NCBI GenBank assembly: GCA_016720805.1
Contig: JADKJZ010000002.1
Coordinates: forward strand, 92,664-156,663
Source: Gemmatimonadota bacterium
GTDB taxonomy: Bacteria; Gemmatimonadota; Gemmatimonadetes; Gemmatimonadales; GWC2-71-9
DNA: 64,000 nucleotides
Reading direction: 5' to 3'
Shown: one piece after another, positions 37,910 to 48,173 of the stretch
How positions within the stretch are numbered: the first letter of the stretch is position 1
Layout: each line of letters opens with the position of its first letter
Translations under genes and position numbers: made by a program
Notes under the pieces: generated by a model
The model's input: the letters and a program-made list of their open reading frames with translations, nothing else
Told to the model about the DNA's origin: nothing
Databases searched by the model: none

Positions 37910-38903
37910 ACCAGCCACTCCACGCACCGGCGTCATCTACGACATCGGCTACCAGCACTACGACGGTCCGCGCCTCGGCCGCGCCGGCGCCGTGCGGGCG
38001 CTCTATGTCGAGGGGATCCGGTCGATCTTCGGCATCGGCCGCGGCGGCAAGGCCAAGATTCCGCCGGTGGTGCTCATTGCGATGATGGTGATTCCCGCGC
38101 TGATCCAGAGCGCGGTCACCGGCCTCGCGGGCAACATGATCCAGCTCTTTGCCCACGCCACCTACTTCCGCACCACGGTCTGGCTCTTCGGCCTCTTCTG
38201 CGCCTTCCAGACACCGGAGTTGATCACCAGCGACTCGCAGAGCCGCGTCCTGGCGCTCTACTTCTCGCGCGCGGTCCGCCGGTCGGACTATGTGCTGGCC
38301 CGTGTCGCCGCCCTGGCCACGTCGCTCTTCGTCGTCGCCTTGCTGCCGCACATCGTGCTGCTCGCGGGCACCTGGATGTCGGCCGAAGATGTCGCCGCGG
38401 CAATGCGGACCTCGTTGCCGACCATCCCGCGGATCCTCGCCGGCGCCTTCGCGATCGCGATCCTGCTCTCCACGGTCTCGATCACCATCGCGGCGGTGCT
38501 CAAGCGGCGTCCCTTCGCCACCGCCGCCATCCTCGCCTTCTTCCTGCTCGCCAGCGGATTCGTCACCCCGCTCATCATGCAGCGGCCCGACAAGATGCGC
38601 TACCTCGCGCTGACGTCGCCGATGATCGTCGGCGATGGCGTGACGACGTGGATCTTCGACACCACCTCGGTCAAGCAGAAGGCCGACTCGATCGCGGCGC
38701 TCGACGCGGCGGACGCCAAGGCCCGGCCGCCGAAGAATGCAGCCGACAGCAATGCACAGCTCCGCCGCCGTTTTCGCCGCCGCAACCGCACGGTGCTGCA
38801 GGCCGCGAACCTGCCAGGGACGACCTACCTGGGCACGATGGTGGGCTTCATCGCGATTGCCGGCGTGGTGCTCACGCTGCGCTACCGGAGCATCGAGACG
38901 TGA
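37902..38903 (+). CDS. ABC-2-like transporter permease with long charged extracytoplasmic/loop insert
   Basis: 333 aa. Start overlaps the ATPase stop by 8 nt. IYDIGYQHYDGPRLGR N-terminus, six or so TM segments, and a charged segment KQKADSIAALDAADAKARPPKNAADSNAQLRRRFRRRNR. Confidence 0.7.
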
Positions 38904-39808
38904 CCGTCGAACTCGCGCACGTCTCGAAGTGGTATGGCAACATCGTCGCGGTGAACGATGTCTCGTTCACCCTCACCCCCGGTGTCACCGGATTGCTCGG
39001 CCCGAATGGCGCCGGCAAGTCGACGATCCTCCACATGCTGGTCGGGTTGCTGCGCCCCTCGAGCGGTACCGTGACCGTCAACGGCGTGCCGTCGTGGCAG
39101 CATCCGGAGATTTACCGCACCCTCGGCTTCGTCCCCGAAAGCGAGTCGGTGTACAGCTTCCTGACCGGCTATGAGTTGGTGCGCCTCAACGCCCGGTTGC
39201 AGCAACTGCCCGATGCCGATGCCGCGGTCAAGCGCGCCATCGACCTCGTGGAGATGACCGCGGCGCAGGGCCGGCCGGTGGCGACCTATTCCAAGGGGAT
39301 GCGGCAGCGCATCAAGATCGCCGCGATGCTGGTCCACTCCCCCACGGTGCTGCTGCTCGACGAGCCCTTCAACGGGATGGACCCGAAGCAGCGGCTGCAG
39401 ATGATGGCGGTGCTGCGCCGGCTCGCCGACGCCGGCAGCACCATCCTCGTGTCGTCGCACATCCTGGAAGAAGTCGATCGCCTAGCGGATACCGTGCTGG
39501 TGATCATCGGCGGCCGGCTCGCCGCCTCCGGAACCAGCCGGGTCATTCGGCAGTTGATGACCGACCGGCCGCATACCTTCACCGTGCGGACGAGCGACGA
39601 CCGATTGCTGGCATCGAGCCTCATTCGGCAGGATGTCACGGCAAGTGTCGAGGTGACGCCCGCCGGGCTGAGCATCCGGACGTCGGACTTGGGTGCCTTC
39701 ACGAGAGCGTTGCCCAGACTGGCGCGTGAGTCGAACGTCTCGATTCTCGAGGTGCATCCGGCCGACGAATCGCTCGAGAGCGTCTTCTCCTACCTGGTGC
39801 AGGGGTAA
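38900..39808 (+). CDS. ABC transporter ATP-binding protein (second copy)
   Basis: GTG start overlaps the preceding stop (GTGA at 38900-38903). Walker A GPNGAGKST, signature YSKGMRQR, Walker B LLLLDEPFNGMD. Confidence 0.9.
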   Translation: MTVELAHVSKWYGNIVAVNDVSFTLTPGVTGLLGPNGAGKSTILHMLVGLLRPSSGTVTVNGVPSWQHPEIYRTLGFVPESESVYSFLTGYELVRLNARLQQLPDADAAVKRAIDLVEMTAAQGRPVATYSKGMRQRIKIAAMLVHSPTVLLLDEPFNGMDPKQRLQMMAVLRRLADAGSTILVSSHILEEVDRLADTVLVIIGGRLAASGTSRVIRQLMTDRPHTFTVRTSDDRLLASSLIRQDVTASVEVTPAGLSIRTSDLGAFTRALPRLARESNVSILEVHPADESLESVFSYLVQG

Positions 39809-39811
39809 CCG

Positions 39812-40555
39812 ATGCTCTTCAACCCTGTGCTGGCCGGGCTGACCGTGCGCCAGGCGCTCGCCAAGCGACGCTGGATGATCGTCCTCCTGCTGGCCGCCCT
39901 GCCGGTGGTGATGGCAACGCTGATTCATCTCTACGGTACGGTCGACGACGAACCGCTGCAGATCGTCGCCATTCCGATCATGACGCTGATCTACACCGTG
40001 GTCGTTCCGGTCATCGCGCTGATTCTCGCGAGTTCCTCCTTCGGCGCGGAGATCGAGGATGGCACCGTGATCTACCTGCTGGCGAAGCCGATCTCGCGCA
40101 CGGAGATCGTTCTCACCAAGCTCGTCGTCACGGCCCTCATCTGCATGACGCTGGCCGCCGTGACGACCCTTGGCGCCGGGGTGAGTCTGGTGCGCGGGCT
40201 CGACCCCACCGGATTGGTGCTCGGCCTGACAGCCGGTGCCTCGCTCGGTGCCTTCCTCTACACCGTGATCTTCCTGGCCCTCGGCCTGATCACCAAACGC
40301 GGGATGCTGATCGGGCTGACGTATCTGGTGGTGTGGGAGGGAGCCCTCGGCTCCTTCTTCAAGGGAACCCGGGTGCTCAGCGTGCGGCAGTACATGCTCG
40401 CCGTCGCCGACGCGATCAGCACCGTCAACGCCGAGGTGTTCGTGGCGTTGCTGGCGCCGAAGACCGCCTACATCATGAGCGGAGTGGTTGCGGTGGCGGC
40501 GGTCACCCTCTGCATTCGGAAGTTGCGGACCTTCGAGGTCGGGCAAGCCGAGTAG
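39812..40555 (+). CDS. ABC-2 family transporter permease
   Basis: 247 aa with six hydrophobic segments. Begins 4 nt after the ATPase stop. Confidence 0.8.
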   Translation: MLFNPVLAGLTVRQALAKRRWMIVLLLAALPVVMATLIHLYGTVDDEPLQIVAIPIMTLIYTVVVPVIALILASSSFGAEIEDGTVIYLLAKPISRTEIVLTKLVVTALICMTLAAVTTLGAGVSLVRGLDPTGLVLGLTAGASLGAFLYTVIFLALGLITKRGMLIGLTYLVVWEGALGSFFKGTRVLSVRQYMLAVADAISTVNAEVFVALLAPKTAYIMSGVVAVAAVTLCIRKLRTFEVGQAE

Positions 40556-40585
40556 CGGCGGCACGAGGGACGGACCGAGAACTGA

Positions 40586-40621
40586 ATCGCCGGTGCCGGA
40601 CGCGAGTCCGACACCGGCGAT
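40586..40621. terminator. Bidirectional hairpin between convergent operons
   Basis: atcgccggtg c cggac gcga gtccg a caccggcgat: 10-bp outer stem plus 5-bp inner stem, followed by ctgttctg. Confidence 0.6.
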
Positions 40622-40642
40622 CTGTTCTGCGTGGCGCGATGC

Positions 40643-42754
40643 CTAGCGCGGGATGACGGGCAGCACGATGTGGCTCGGGTGGGCCGCGTCGTGGATCAGT
40701 CGCTGATGCGCCGAGACGAAGGTCGACTCCTTCTCGTTGTTGCCACCGGTGTTCAGGTTCCGGTTGTACTTCGGGAAGAGCGCCGAGGTGATGCTGACCC
40801 GGAGCCGGTGCCCGGGGGCGAACACCTTCGAAGTGAACCAGAGGTCGATCTCGTACTGCTCGACCTGCCCCTTCACCAGCGGGATCACCTTGTCCATCCC
40901 CTTCCGGAAGCGCGCCCGCACAAAGCCGTCCTGCACCCGCTCGGCGTGGCCGTCAGGAAAGACATCGAGCAGCATGACGGCCCAGTCGGTGTCCTTGGCG
41001 TCGCTGGCGGCCCAGATCGTCGCCGTCATCTCGCCGGTGACTTCGAGCGGCTTGGTGAGCGGCTTCGAGGTGAAGACCAGTGCGTCGCGCCGGGTGGCAT
41101 TCAACTTGGTGTAGTCCTCGTTCAGCGACTCTTCGAGCTCGCGCGAATCGATCAGGTACGGCGTCGGGTCGCCGGGGTTGTAGGTGAAGGTGTCGGCCAC
41201 CGCGCCGCGCGGCGGCAGGGTGTCGAGCACGCCGTCGCCCGCACTCGTCTGCGCCCGCCCGCCCGACGAGACATACCACTTCATCGCCCGCGCCCGCTTG
41301 AGCGGCCACTCCTGCTCCTGACGCCAGCTGTTGTCGCCCTGCACGAAGATGTCGACCGGCGGCATCTTCTCGACGCCGTTGTCCCGGCCGAGCAGGAAGT
41401 GGTCGAACCAGCGGATCTGCATGTCGCGGTATTCGTAACGCGCCTGCGGTCCGAAGTCGCCGGCGACGTAATCCACGCCCTTGTGAGCATGGACGCCCAT
41501 GACCAGATGCCACGCCGGGTGATTCTTCACCTTGAGGAGCGCGTTGGTGTAGTCGAGCGGGCCACGCGCGTCGTCGTGCCAACCGGCCAGGGACATCGCC
41601 GGCACCTTCACCTTGTCGATGTAGGTGGTGACGGCGCGCGCGCGCCAGAACGCGTCGAGTGTCGGGTGCGCGATCCAGCGGTCCCAGATCGCGTTGGGGG
41701 CGCACCCCAGGCGCGCCGGCAGCGCGGAGAGCGGGAGGTGGGTGATCGCCTCGCCGATTTCGAGGTCCGCCCCGTTGGTGGCCATGTTCCGATCCCGCAT
41801 CATGCAGGCCCAGCTGATGTTGATCGGGCCGAACGCCATCGCGGCGTACGGGACGATCCGCCAGGGGTCGCTGGTCGCCGCGGAGGGCGCGATCGCCGCG
41901 AGGTGCGGCGGGGCGCTCACCGCAGCGTACCAGGCCAGCCGGCCCTCGTCGGAGTGGCCAATCAAGCCGACCTTGCCGTTGGCGCCTGGGAGCTTCGCCG
42001 CCCACTCGACGGCGTCGTAGCCGTCCTCGATGTCATGGCTGTAGTCGCCGAACTCCTCGATCCTGCCCGTGGACTTGCCGCGCTCGCGCACCAGCTGGCC
42101 GACGAAGATGTAGCCACGCGCAGCCCACCACCGCCCCGGACCAGGGTTGGACGCGCGGTACGGCGAGCGCTGCATGACGACCCCGAACGGCCCGGGCCCG
42201 ACCGGGCGGACGATGTACGTCTCCAGCATGGTGCCGTCACGGACCGGCATCAGCGTCGTGGTGTCGACCACGGTGGCATACTGCGAGTCCGACGCCGGCA
42301 TCTTCCAGATCTGATGGGTCGGCTCGGGGGCGCCGGGGGTCGCCCGGCGAACCAACCGATACCGGCGATCCATCGGCCGGTCGTTGGTGTACTGCACCCC
42401 TTCGAGCGTGTCGCCGTGCCACGCGGCGCGGAGCACCGTGTTGGCGTCCTGTGCCAGCAGGAGGGAGTCGCCCTTGGTCGTCACCTTGGCCACCGTCAGC
42501 ATCGGGGCACCGGTGCGCCGACGCAGGAAGCCGGCGTTGGCCGAGTCGGTGCCGGCGAAGTGCGCGTACGCCATCCGCCGCCATCCCTCGAAGCCGAACT
42601 TCGGCTTGGCGCTCAGGGCGATGTACACGTCCCATTCGCCGGCGAGGACCGGCACGCGGCGGCGCGCCGCGAGGGCGCCCGCGCCGAGCGCGACCAGCAC
42701 GACCAGCATGACGGCCCAGCGGGCACCGCCCCTGCGCGAGGTTCGAATCGTCAT
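40643..42754 (-). CDS. CocE/NonD (S15 X-Pro dipeptidyl-peptidase) family hydrolase with N-terminal extension
   Basis: Trimmed to MTIRTSRRGGARWAVMLVVLVALGAGALA (signal/anchor). Core MPVRDGTMLETYIVRP...VGLIGHSDEG (nucleophile elbow)...AGWHDD... C-terminal jelly-roll with LRVSITSALFPKYNRNLNTG. Confidence 0.8.
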   Translation of the reverse strand: MTIRTSRRGGARWAVMLVVLVALGAGALAARRRVPVLAGEWDVYIALSAKPKFGFEGWRRMAYAHFAGTDSANAGFLRRRTGAPMLTVAKVTTKGDSLLLAQDANTVLRAAWHGDTLEGVQYTNDRPMDRRYRLVRRATPGAPEPTHQIWKMPASDSQYATVVDTTTLMPVRDGTMLETYIVRPVGPGPFGVVMQRSPYRASNPGPGRWWAARGYIFVGQLVRERGKSTGRIEEFGDYSHDIEDGYDAVEWAAKLPGANGKVGLIGHSDEGRLAWYAAVSAPPHLAAIAPSAATSDPWRIVPYAAMAFGPINISWACMMRDRNMATNGADLEIGEAITHLPLSALPARLGCAPNAIWDRWIAHPTLDAFWRARAVTTYIDKVKVPAMSLAGWHDDARGPLDYTNALLKVKNHPAWHLVMGVHAHKGVDYVAGDFGPQARYEYRDMQIRWFDHFLLGRDNGVEKMPPVDIFVQGDNSWRQEQEWPLKRARAMKWYVSSGGRAQTSAGDGVLDTLPPRGAVADTFTYNPGDPTPYLIDSRELEESLNEDYTKLNATRRDALVFTSKPLTKPLEVTGEMTATIWAASDAKDTDWAVMLLDVFPDGHAERVQDGFVRARFRKGMDKVIPLVKGQVEQYEIDLWFTSKVFAPGHRLRVSITSALFPKYNRNLNTGGNNEKESTFVSAHQRLIHDAAHPSHIVLPVIPR

Positions 42755-42755
42755 C

Positions 42756-44183
42756 TTACGCTCCAATGTCCGGAACCGAGGAAGATCGCCGCTGGGCGGC
42801 AACCAGGATGGCAACGCCGACCAGGTTCATCACCAGCACCACCAGACCGATCTTGAGCGCAAAACTCCCCACGCTCTCCACCGGAATGATCGGAAAGACC
42901 GCGACCACGATATACAACAGCGTCATCAACAGGCCGGACAGCGAGGCAACCCGCAGCAGCGGCGAGGGCCGCGGCGTGACGTTCCGCAACCCGAACAACG
43001 GGATCGAGAACATCACCACGTATGCCAGCGCGTAGAAGATGCCGCCCGCGTTGAACAGCAGCTGGAACGCTTCCGCTTGCCCGACGCCGACCTGGCTCAC
43101 CAGCGACAGGACGAACGAGCAGACCGCCACTAGCAGGATCGAGTTCACCGGCGTCCGGTAGCGCGGATGCAGCTTGCTGAACGCCGCCGGTAGCATCCGG
43201 TCCCAGCCGGCCACCATCGGGAGCCGCGTGACTGCGGTGAAGCTGACGCTGACCTGCGCCACGCGCATCGCCAGCGTCATCAGGATCGCGATCGTCACCA
43301 GTGGCCCCGCAATGCCGAACGGCTCGAAGCCCGCCCGCAGCACCTGCGGCATCGGCCCAATCAGGTCGATCTCATTGGTCGGGACATACGCGACGACCGT
43401 CGCCGTGCCGAGGATGAACATGACCGCGATGATCGGGGCGGCGATGTACACCGAGCGACGGATCGCGCTTGCCGGGGCGCGCGTCTCGCCGGCGAGGATC
43501 GCCATGTACTCGAAGCCGCCGAGGGCGCCGAATCCCATCTTCCCGAGGATGTTCAGGTTGAGGAGCGACATCTCGGGGAGCTCGGTCCGGAAGGGGTGGA
43601 ACTCGCCGAGATGTCCGGTCGCCAGCCCGATGAACGGCAACGCGATCAGCACGCCGAAGATGATCAGCATGAAGACGCCGCCGATATTGTGCACCCACTT
43701 GCCTACGGCCAGGCCGATGGTTGCCGCCGTGGCCATCAAGGTGAGGATGATCGCCGACGAAAGCGCGACGAACCAGCTGCTCGACGTCATCCACGCCGCA
43801 CTCGGACCGAGCGCATAGGAGAGGTAGGTCGCGCACTGGATGCCGATCTCCGACGTGAAGACGATCACGTACAGCCAGAGATTCCACGCCAGCAGAAATC
43901 CGATCTTCGGATTGAACCCCAGCTTGGCCCACTGATACAACCCACCTTCCAGCGGCATCAACTGGTTCAGGTAGATCACGACCGCTGCCATCGGCAGGTA
44001 GAAGAGCACCATGGCGGTCAGCCAGAGCACCACGTGCGACGGTCCGAGCTTCCCCGCCACGCCGATCCAGGTAAGGCCGATGATGAAGAGGATCTGGGTG
44101 AGCGCCAGGTCCCGGACGCCAAGCTCCTTCTTGAGCCCGGCGCTGTGCGCCTCGACCCGTGCCTCGTCTTGAGCCAGCGTCAT
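42756..44183 (-). CDS. APC-superfamily amino acid/peptide-derived substrate permease
   Basis: 475 aa, about 12 TM. N-terminal LKKELGVRDLALTQILFIIG, typical of the APC family. Confidence 0.85.
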   Translation of the reverse strand: MTLAQDEARVEAHSAGLKKELGVRDLALTQILFIIGLTWIGVAGKLGPSHVVLWLTAMVLFYLPMAAVVIYLNQLMPLEGGLYQWAKLGFNPKIGFLLAWNLWLYVIVFTSEIGIQCATYLSYALGPSAAWMTSSSWFVALSSAIILTLMATAATIGLAVGKWVHNIGGVFMLIIFGVLIALPFIGLATGHLGEFHPFRTELPEMSLLNLNILGKMGFGALGGFEYMAILAGETRAPASAIRRSVYIAAPIIAVMFILGTATVVAYVPTNEIDLIGPMPQVLRAGFEPFGIAGPLVTIAILMTLAMRVAQVSVSFTAVTRLPMVAGWDRMLPAAFSKLHPRYRTPVNSILLVAVCSFVLSLVSQVGVGQAEAFQLLFNAGGIFYALAYVVMFSIPLFGLRNVTPRPSPLLRVASLSGLLMTLLYIVVAVFPIIPVESVGSFALKIGLVVLVMNLVGVAILVAAQRRSSSVPDIGA

Positions 44184-45568
44184 GCCGTGCGCTCCTTGCC
44201 GAGCCGATCCCAGAGCCTGGTCCAGGCGGCCAGCCCCTCGTGCAGTCGATGGATGCGGAAGAACTCGTTCGGCGCGTGAAAGTCCTCGTCGCCGGTCGAG
44301 AAGGAGAAGAAGACGGTGCCGAGCCCCATGGTGCGCTGGAAGATCTCGGCCACCGGTACCGTGCCGCCCATGCGGACGATCAACGGTGGCGTGCCGTACG
44401 TGTCGCGCAACGCGGCCTCAGCCGACGTGAGCGCCGGGTGGTCGCGGGGAATCCGTGCGGCGCGTGCGCCGTGGTCTGCCACCTGCGCGCTGAGCGTGGT
44501 TCCCGCCGGGACGTGTGCCTCGAGGTGGCGCATCACCAGCGCCACCACGTCGTCCGGCGACTGATCCGGCACCAGGCGGCAGGTGATCTTGGCGTGCGCC
44601 TCCGACGGCACCACCGTCTTCTGCCCCGGCCCCTGATAGCCACCCCACATCCCGTTCACCTCGAGCGTGGGCCGCGTCCACTGCCGCTCGATCGTGGTGT
44701 AGCCCGGCTCCCCGACCGCCGCGGGCGCGCCAACCTGCGCCAGGTACGTCGCCTCATCGAACGGCAGCGCGGCAATCTCGGCACGCTCCGCCGCGCTCAG
44801 CTCGACCACCTGGTCATAGAACCCGGCCACCGCCACGCGTCCCTCGGCGTCGTGCAGCGAGGCAATCAGCTGCGCCATCGCATGCAACGGATTGGCGACG
44901 CTGCCACCATGGCGCCCGGAGTGCAGGTCCTTCGACGCGCCGCGGAGCGTCAGTTCGAGCCCGCAGAGGCCACGGTTGGCAATCGTGATCGACGGTTCGT
45001 CGATCCGCCACATCGCGCCGTCGGCGGAGATGACCACGTCGGCGGCGAGCAGGGCGCGGTTCGCCTCGACAAACTCCTCGAGGTGGCTGCTGCCGACCTC
45101 TTCCTCACCCTCGAGCATGAACTTCACGTTGAGCGGCAACCGCCCATCCACGGCGAAGAACGCCTCGGCGACCTTGATCGGGATGAACATCGGTCCCTTG
45201 TCGTCGGAGATGCCGCGGGCGTAGAGGCGGCCGTCGCGCACCGTCGGCTGGAAGGGTGGCGTGGTCCAGAGCTCAATCGGGTCGACCGGCTGCACATCGT
45301 AGTGTCCGTAGACCAGCACGGTCGGCGCACCCTGGGCGCCGAGCCACTCGCCGTAGACGATGCTGTTGCCGGCCGTGGGCATGATCTGCACCGTGAACGG
45401 CCCGGCGGCCTGCAACTTGGCGGCGACCCACTCGGCCGCGGCGTGCATGTCGGCGGCATGCGCTGGGTCGGTGCTGACGCTGGGGATGCTGGCAAACTCC
45501 ACCAGTTCAGCCAGGATCCGGTCGTGCGCCGCGTCGAGGTGCTCGAGCACCGGCATGATGTCTGTCAT
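44180..45568 (-). CDS. M20-family dipeptidase (ArgE/DapE/ACY1/CPG2-like)
   Basis: 462 aa: VLVYGHYDVQPV, RGISDDKGPMF, MLEGEEEVGS, ISADG... Confidence 0.9.
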   Translation of the reverse strand: MTDIMPVLEHLDAAHDRILAELVEFASIPSVSTDPAHAADMHAAAEWVAAKLQAAGPFTVQIMPTAGNSIVYGEWLGAQGAPTVLVYGHYDVQPVDPIELWTTPPFQPTVRDGRLYARGISDDKGPMFIPIKVAEAFFAVDGRLPLNVKFMLEGEEEVGSSHLEEFVEANRALLAADVVISADGAMWRIDEPSITIANRGLCGLELTLRGASKDLHSGRHGGSVANPLHAMAQLIASLHDAEGRVAVAGFYDQVVELSAAERAEIAALPFDEATYLAQVGAPAAVGEPGYTTIERQWTRPTLEVNGMWGGYQGPGQKTVVPSEAHAKITCRLVPDQSPDDVVALVMRHLEAHVPAGTTLSAQVADHGARAARIPRDHPALTSAEAALRDTYGTPPLIVRMGGTVPVAEIFQRTMGLGTVFFSFSTGDEDFHAPNEFFRIHRLHEGLAAWTRLWDRLGKERTA

Positions 45569-46332
45569 CGGCCACCATCAATGGAAAGAACCTGTCCCGT
45601 CACCCAGCGCGCCGATTCCGAGGCGAAGAAGAGCACCCCCGCGGCGATGTCCTCGACGGTACCGAGTCGCTTCAAGGCGATGCTCTCGACGAGCGCCCGC
45701 TGCTTCTCCGGTCCGTACGACTCCCACTGCCGTTCGGTCGTCGGGTTGGAACGGACGAAGCCGGGAGCGACGTTGTTCACGGTGATGCCCCACGGCCCCA
45801 ACTCATGCGCCAACTGCCGGGTGAGCCCGATCTGCGCCGCCTTCGCCGAGGCGTAGGCCTGGATGCCGGTGAGCGAGATGCCGAGGCCGGCGCCGCTGGA
45901 GATGTTGATGATGCGGCCGGACTTCGCCGTTTTCATCCCGGGCGCCACCGCCTGTGCGAAGTGGAAGGCGCCGGTGACGTTCACGTCGAAGATCGCCTGC
46001 CACTGTTCGGGGAGAACCTGTTCCAGTGGTTGTCCGACCTGCCCGAGCACGCCGCCGGCGTTGTTCACCAGAACGTGCACGGATCCCGTCGCCTGCGCGG
46101 CCTCGGTCGCCAGTCGCTCGACTGCGGGCTTGTCGCGCACGTCGACGACCCGCGCGGTGCAGTCACCACCGGCTGCCCGGCAGAGCCGCTCGGTCTCCAT
46201 CACTTCGTCCTCGAGCACGTCGCACGCCCAGACGCTGGCGCCGCGCGTGGCGAAGGCGAGCGCAATCGCCCGGCCGAAGCCGTGTGCCGCACCGGTGACG
46301 ATGGCGGTCCGGCCGCTGAAGTCCTGATTCAC
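45565..46332 (-). CDS. SDR-family oxidoreductase
   Basis: 255 aa: TGAAHGFGRAIA, NNAG, and the S...YASAKAA catalytic pattern. Confidence 0.9.
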   Translation of the reverse strand: MNQDFSGRTAIVTGAAHGFGRAIALAFATRGASVWACDVLEDEVMETERLCRAAGGDCTARVVDVRDKPAVERLATEAAQATGSVHVLVNNAGGVLGQVGQPLEQVLPEQWQAIFDVNVTGAFHFAQAVAPGMKTAKSGRIINISSGAGLGISLTGIQAYASAKAAQIGLTRQLAHELGPWGITVNNVAPGFVRSNPTTERQWESYGPEKQRALVESIALKRLGTVEDIAAGVLFFASESARWVTGQVLSIDGGR

Positions 46333-47375
46333 GTCGTGAGTGCCTCGAGGTTCTCGCGCGCTTGCGGGCGGGTGCCGCGCTCGATCTCCTGGATCATCGT
46401 GACCACCCGCGTCGTCAGCGGCGTGGGCACGCCGGCCGCGGCACCGAGTCGCACCACGATGCCGAGCTGGGCATCGACCTCGGTGGGGCGCTTGCGGATG
46501 GCGAGGTCGCGCCAGATGCCGCTGTGCGTCTTGGCCGAGCGGCGGTTGTGGGCGACCAGCGCATCGAGTGATTGCGTCGCGGCATCCGCCGGGGCGTCGG
46601 GACGGTAGGCCGCCGGGTCGAAGCCGTCGAACGCCATCGGCTGCACCTGGTGCGCGTCGGCCACGGCAAGCATCTCGCGGGCGATGGCAACGTACACGCC
46701 GCGATACTCGGGCATCGCCAGCGCATCGGCGATCGAGTCGTTGGTGAGGGCGGTGACGAACAGCATGGCGCCGTACGCCTCCTTCCCCCAGAGATAGCCC
46801 ATGATGTTGTCGGTGGCGAAGGCGCGTTCGTCGAAGTCGCGCCAGCCGTCGCGGATGGCCAGCACGCGCGGCGAGATCCGCGCGAGGGCGGGGCCGAATG
46901 CCTCACCGACCGTCACGGTCCCCCGGCCGCCGTAGAAGAGCACGCCCGGTTCCAGATAGTCCGCGCCGAAATTGACGAACGCCCCAACGGTGCGCGCCTC
47001 GCCCACGACCTCGGCGATGGTCAACTCGTTGAGGCCGTTCTGCGCCGAGACGACGCAGCCATCGTCCGCAAGGTGGGGGAGGAGCGAACGCACCGCGCCG
47101 GCGGTATGGTGCGCCTTGGTGGCGAGGATGATCGTATCCCACGTCCCGCGCAGCGTCTCCGGCGTGAAAGCCGGCACCGTCGCGGTGAACTCGGCGATCG
47201 GTCCGGTGATCCGGAGCCCGGCGTCGTTGATGGTGGCCACATGGTCGGGGACGTTGTCGACCAGGGTCACCTCGTGCCCGGCCTTGGCCAGGAACGCCCC
47301 CATGGTGCCGCCGATCGCCCCAGCTCCCCAGACGAGACAGCGCGTCCGGGGCGCGGTCACGATGGGCCACCCCAC
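46329..47375 (-). CDS. Ketopantoate-reductase (ApbA/PanE) family oxidoreductase
   Basis: 348 aa. VWGAGAIGGTMGAFLAKAGHEVTLV and downstream K/E motifs. An alternative GTG start at 47360 would give a GTGA overlap with the upstream stop. Confidence 0.8.
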   Translation of the reverse strand: MGWPIVTAPRTRCLVWGAGAIGGTMGAFLAKAGHEVTLVDNVPDHVATINDAGLRITGPIAEFTATVPAFTPETLRGTWDTIILATKAHHTAGAVRSLLPHLADDGCVVSAQNGLNELTIAEVVGEARTVGAFVNFGADYLEPGVLFYGGRGTVTVGEAFGPALARISPRVLAIRDGWRDFDERAFATDNIMGYLWGKEAYGAMLFVTALTNDSIADALAMPEYRGVYVAIAREMLAVADAHQVQPMAFDGFDPAAYRPDAPADAATQSLDALVAHNRRSAKTHSGIWRDLAIRKRPTEVDAQLGIVVRLGAAAGVPTPLTTRVVTMIQEIERGTRPQARENLEALTT

Positions 47376-48067
47376 GCGCCATCAAGCAGTTCTCGCGTCT
47401 CTTCGACGGCGACCTGCCAGAGGGCAAGGACATCCTCATCGGGGCGCTGGTAGAGGCCGCCGTAGTTGCCGTCGGGGATGTAGTCGCGCATCGCGACCGG
47501 GTCGAGCATCCGGACCTTGGCGAGGTCGACCATCGGGCGCTGCGTGGTGGGATACTCCACACCCGGAAGCCGCGTCCAGGGGAAGTTCTCCATCCACGAG
47601 CCGTGCGAGGCCACCGGGTCGATCGCCTGCACCTTGGCCCAGGTCTTCGGGGCATTCCACCAGTTGTGGAAGAGCACCTTGCAGCCTGGATGATCGGCGG
47701 CCCATTCCTGCGCGAACTGCTGCACCGCGCCGTTCCCGCCATGGCCGTTGCAGATCATGATCCGTCGGAAGCCGCTGTGCGCCATCCCGTCGAGAATGTC
47801 GCGCACGATGGCGAGGTGGGTCTCGACCCGGATCGAGATCGATCCCGGATACTCCCGGAAGTACGGCGTCACGCCGTACGAGAGCACCGGAAAGACCGGG
47901 ATGCCGAGCGGTTCGGCCGCGTCAACGGCCACCTTCTCGGGAAGGATGCAGTCGACCGTGAGCCGGAGATAGCTGTGCTGTTCGGTGCTGCCGAGGGGCA
48001 AGACGGCGCGGTCGTCGCGCTTGAGATACGCGTCGACCTGCATCCAGTGCATGTCACTGATGCGCAT
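47357..48067 (-). CDS. Creatininase-fold amidohydrolase family protein
   Basis: Trimmed to MRISDMHWMQVDAYLKRDDRAVLPLGSTEQHSYL...ICNGHGGN...SHGSWMENF (metal ligand pattern of the family). Confidence 0.8.
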   Translation of the reverse strand: MRISDMHWMQVDAYLKRDDRAVLPLGSTEQHSYLRLTVDCILPEKVAVDAAEPLGIPVFPVLSYGVTPYFREYPGSISIRVETHLAIVRDILDGMAHSGFRRIMICNGHGGNGAVQQFAQEWAADHPGCKVLFHNWWNAPKTWAKVQAIDPVASHGSWMENFPWTRLPGVEYPTTQRPMVDLAKVRMLDPVAMRDYIPDGNYGGLYQRPDEDVLALWQVAVEETRELLDGAWGGPS

Positions 48068-48173
48068 GGGGCGTTGGTTCCGGGGGTTGGTCGGGGTGCG
48101 AGGAGAATAGCGCCCCACGAGGCGGAGCGTAAGATACCCGGCCGTCCCGGATTGGTTGCCGCCCCGCATCAGG

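Noticed and set aside
42738-42756. GGTTCGAATC, a tRNA T-loop-like string.
   Set aside because: The flanking bases do not form a T-stem (gcgag versus tcgtc), and there is no acceptor or anticodon arm context. It lies in the start region of the CocE/NonD gene.
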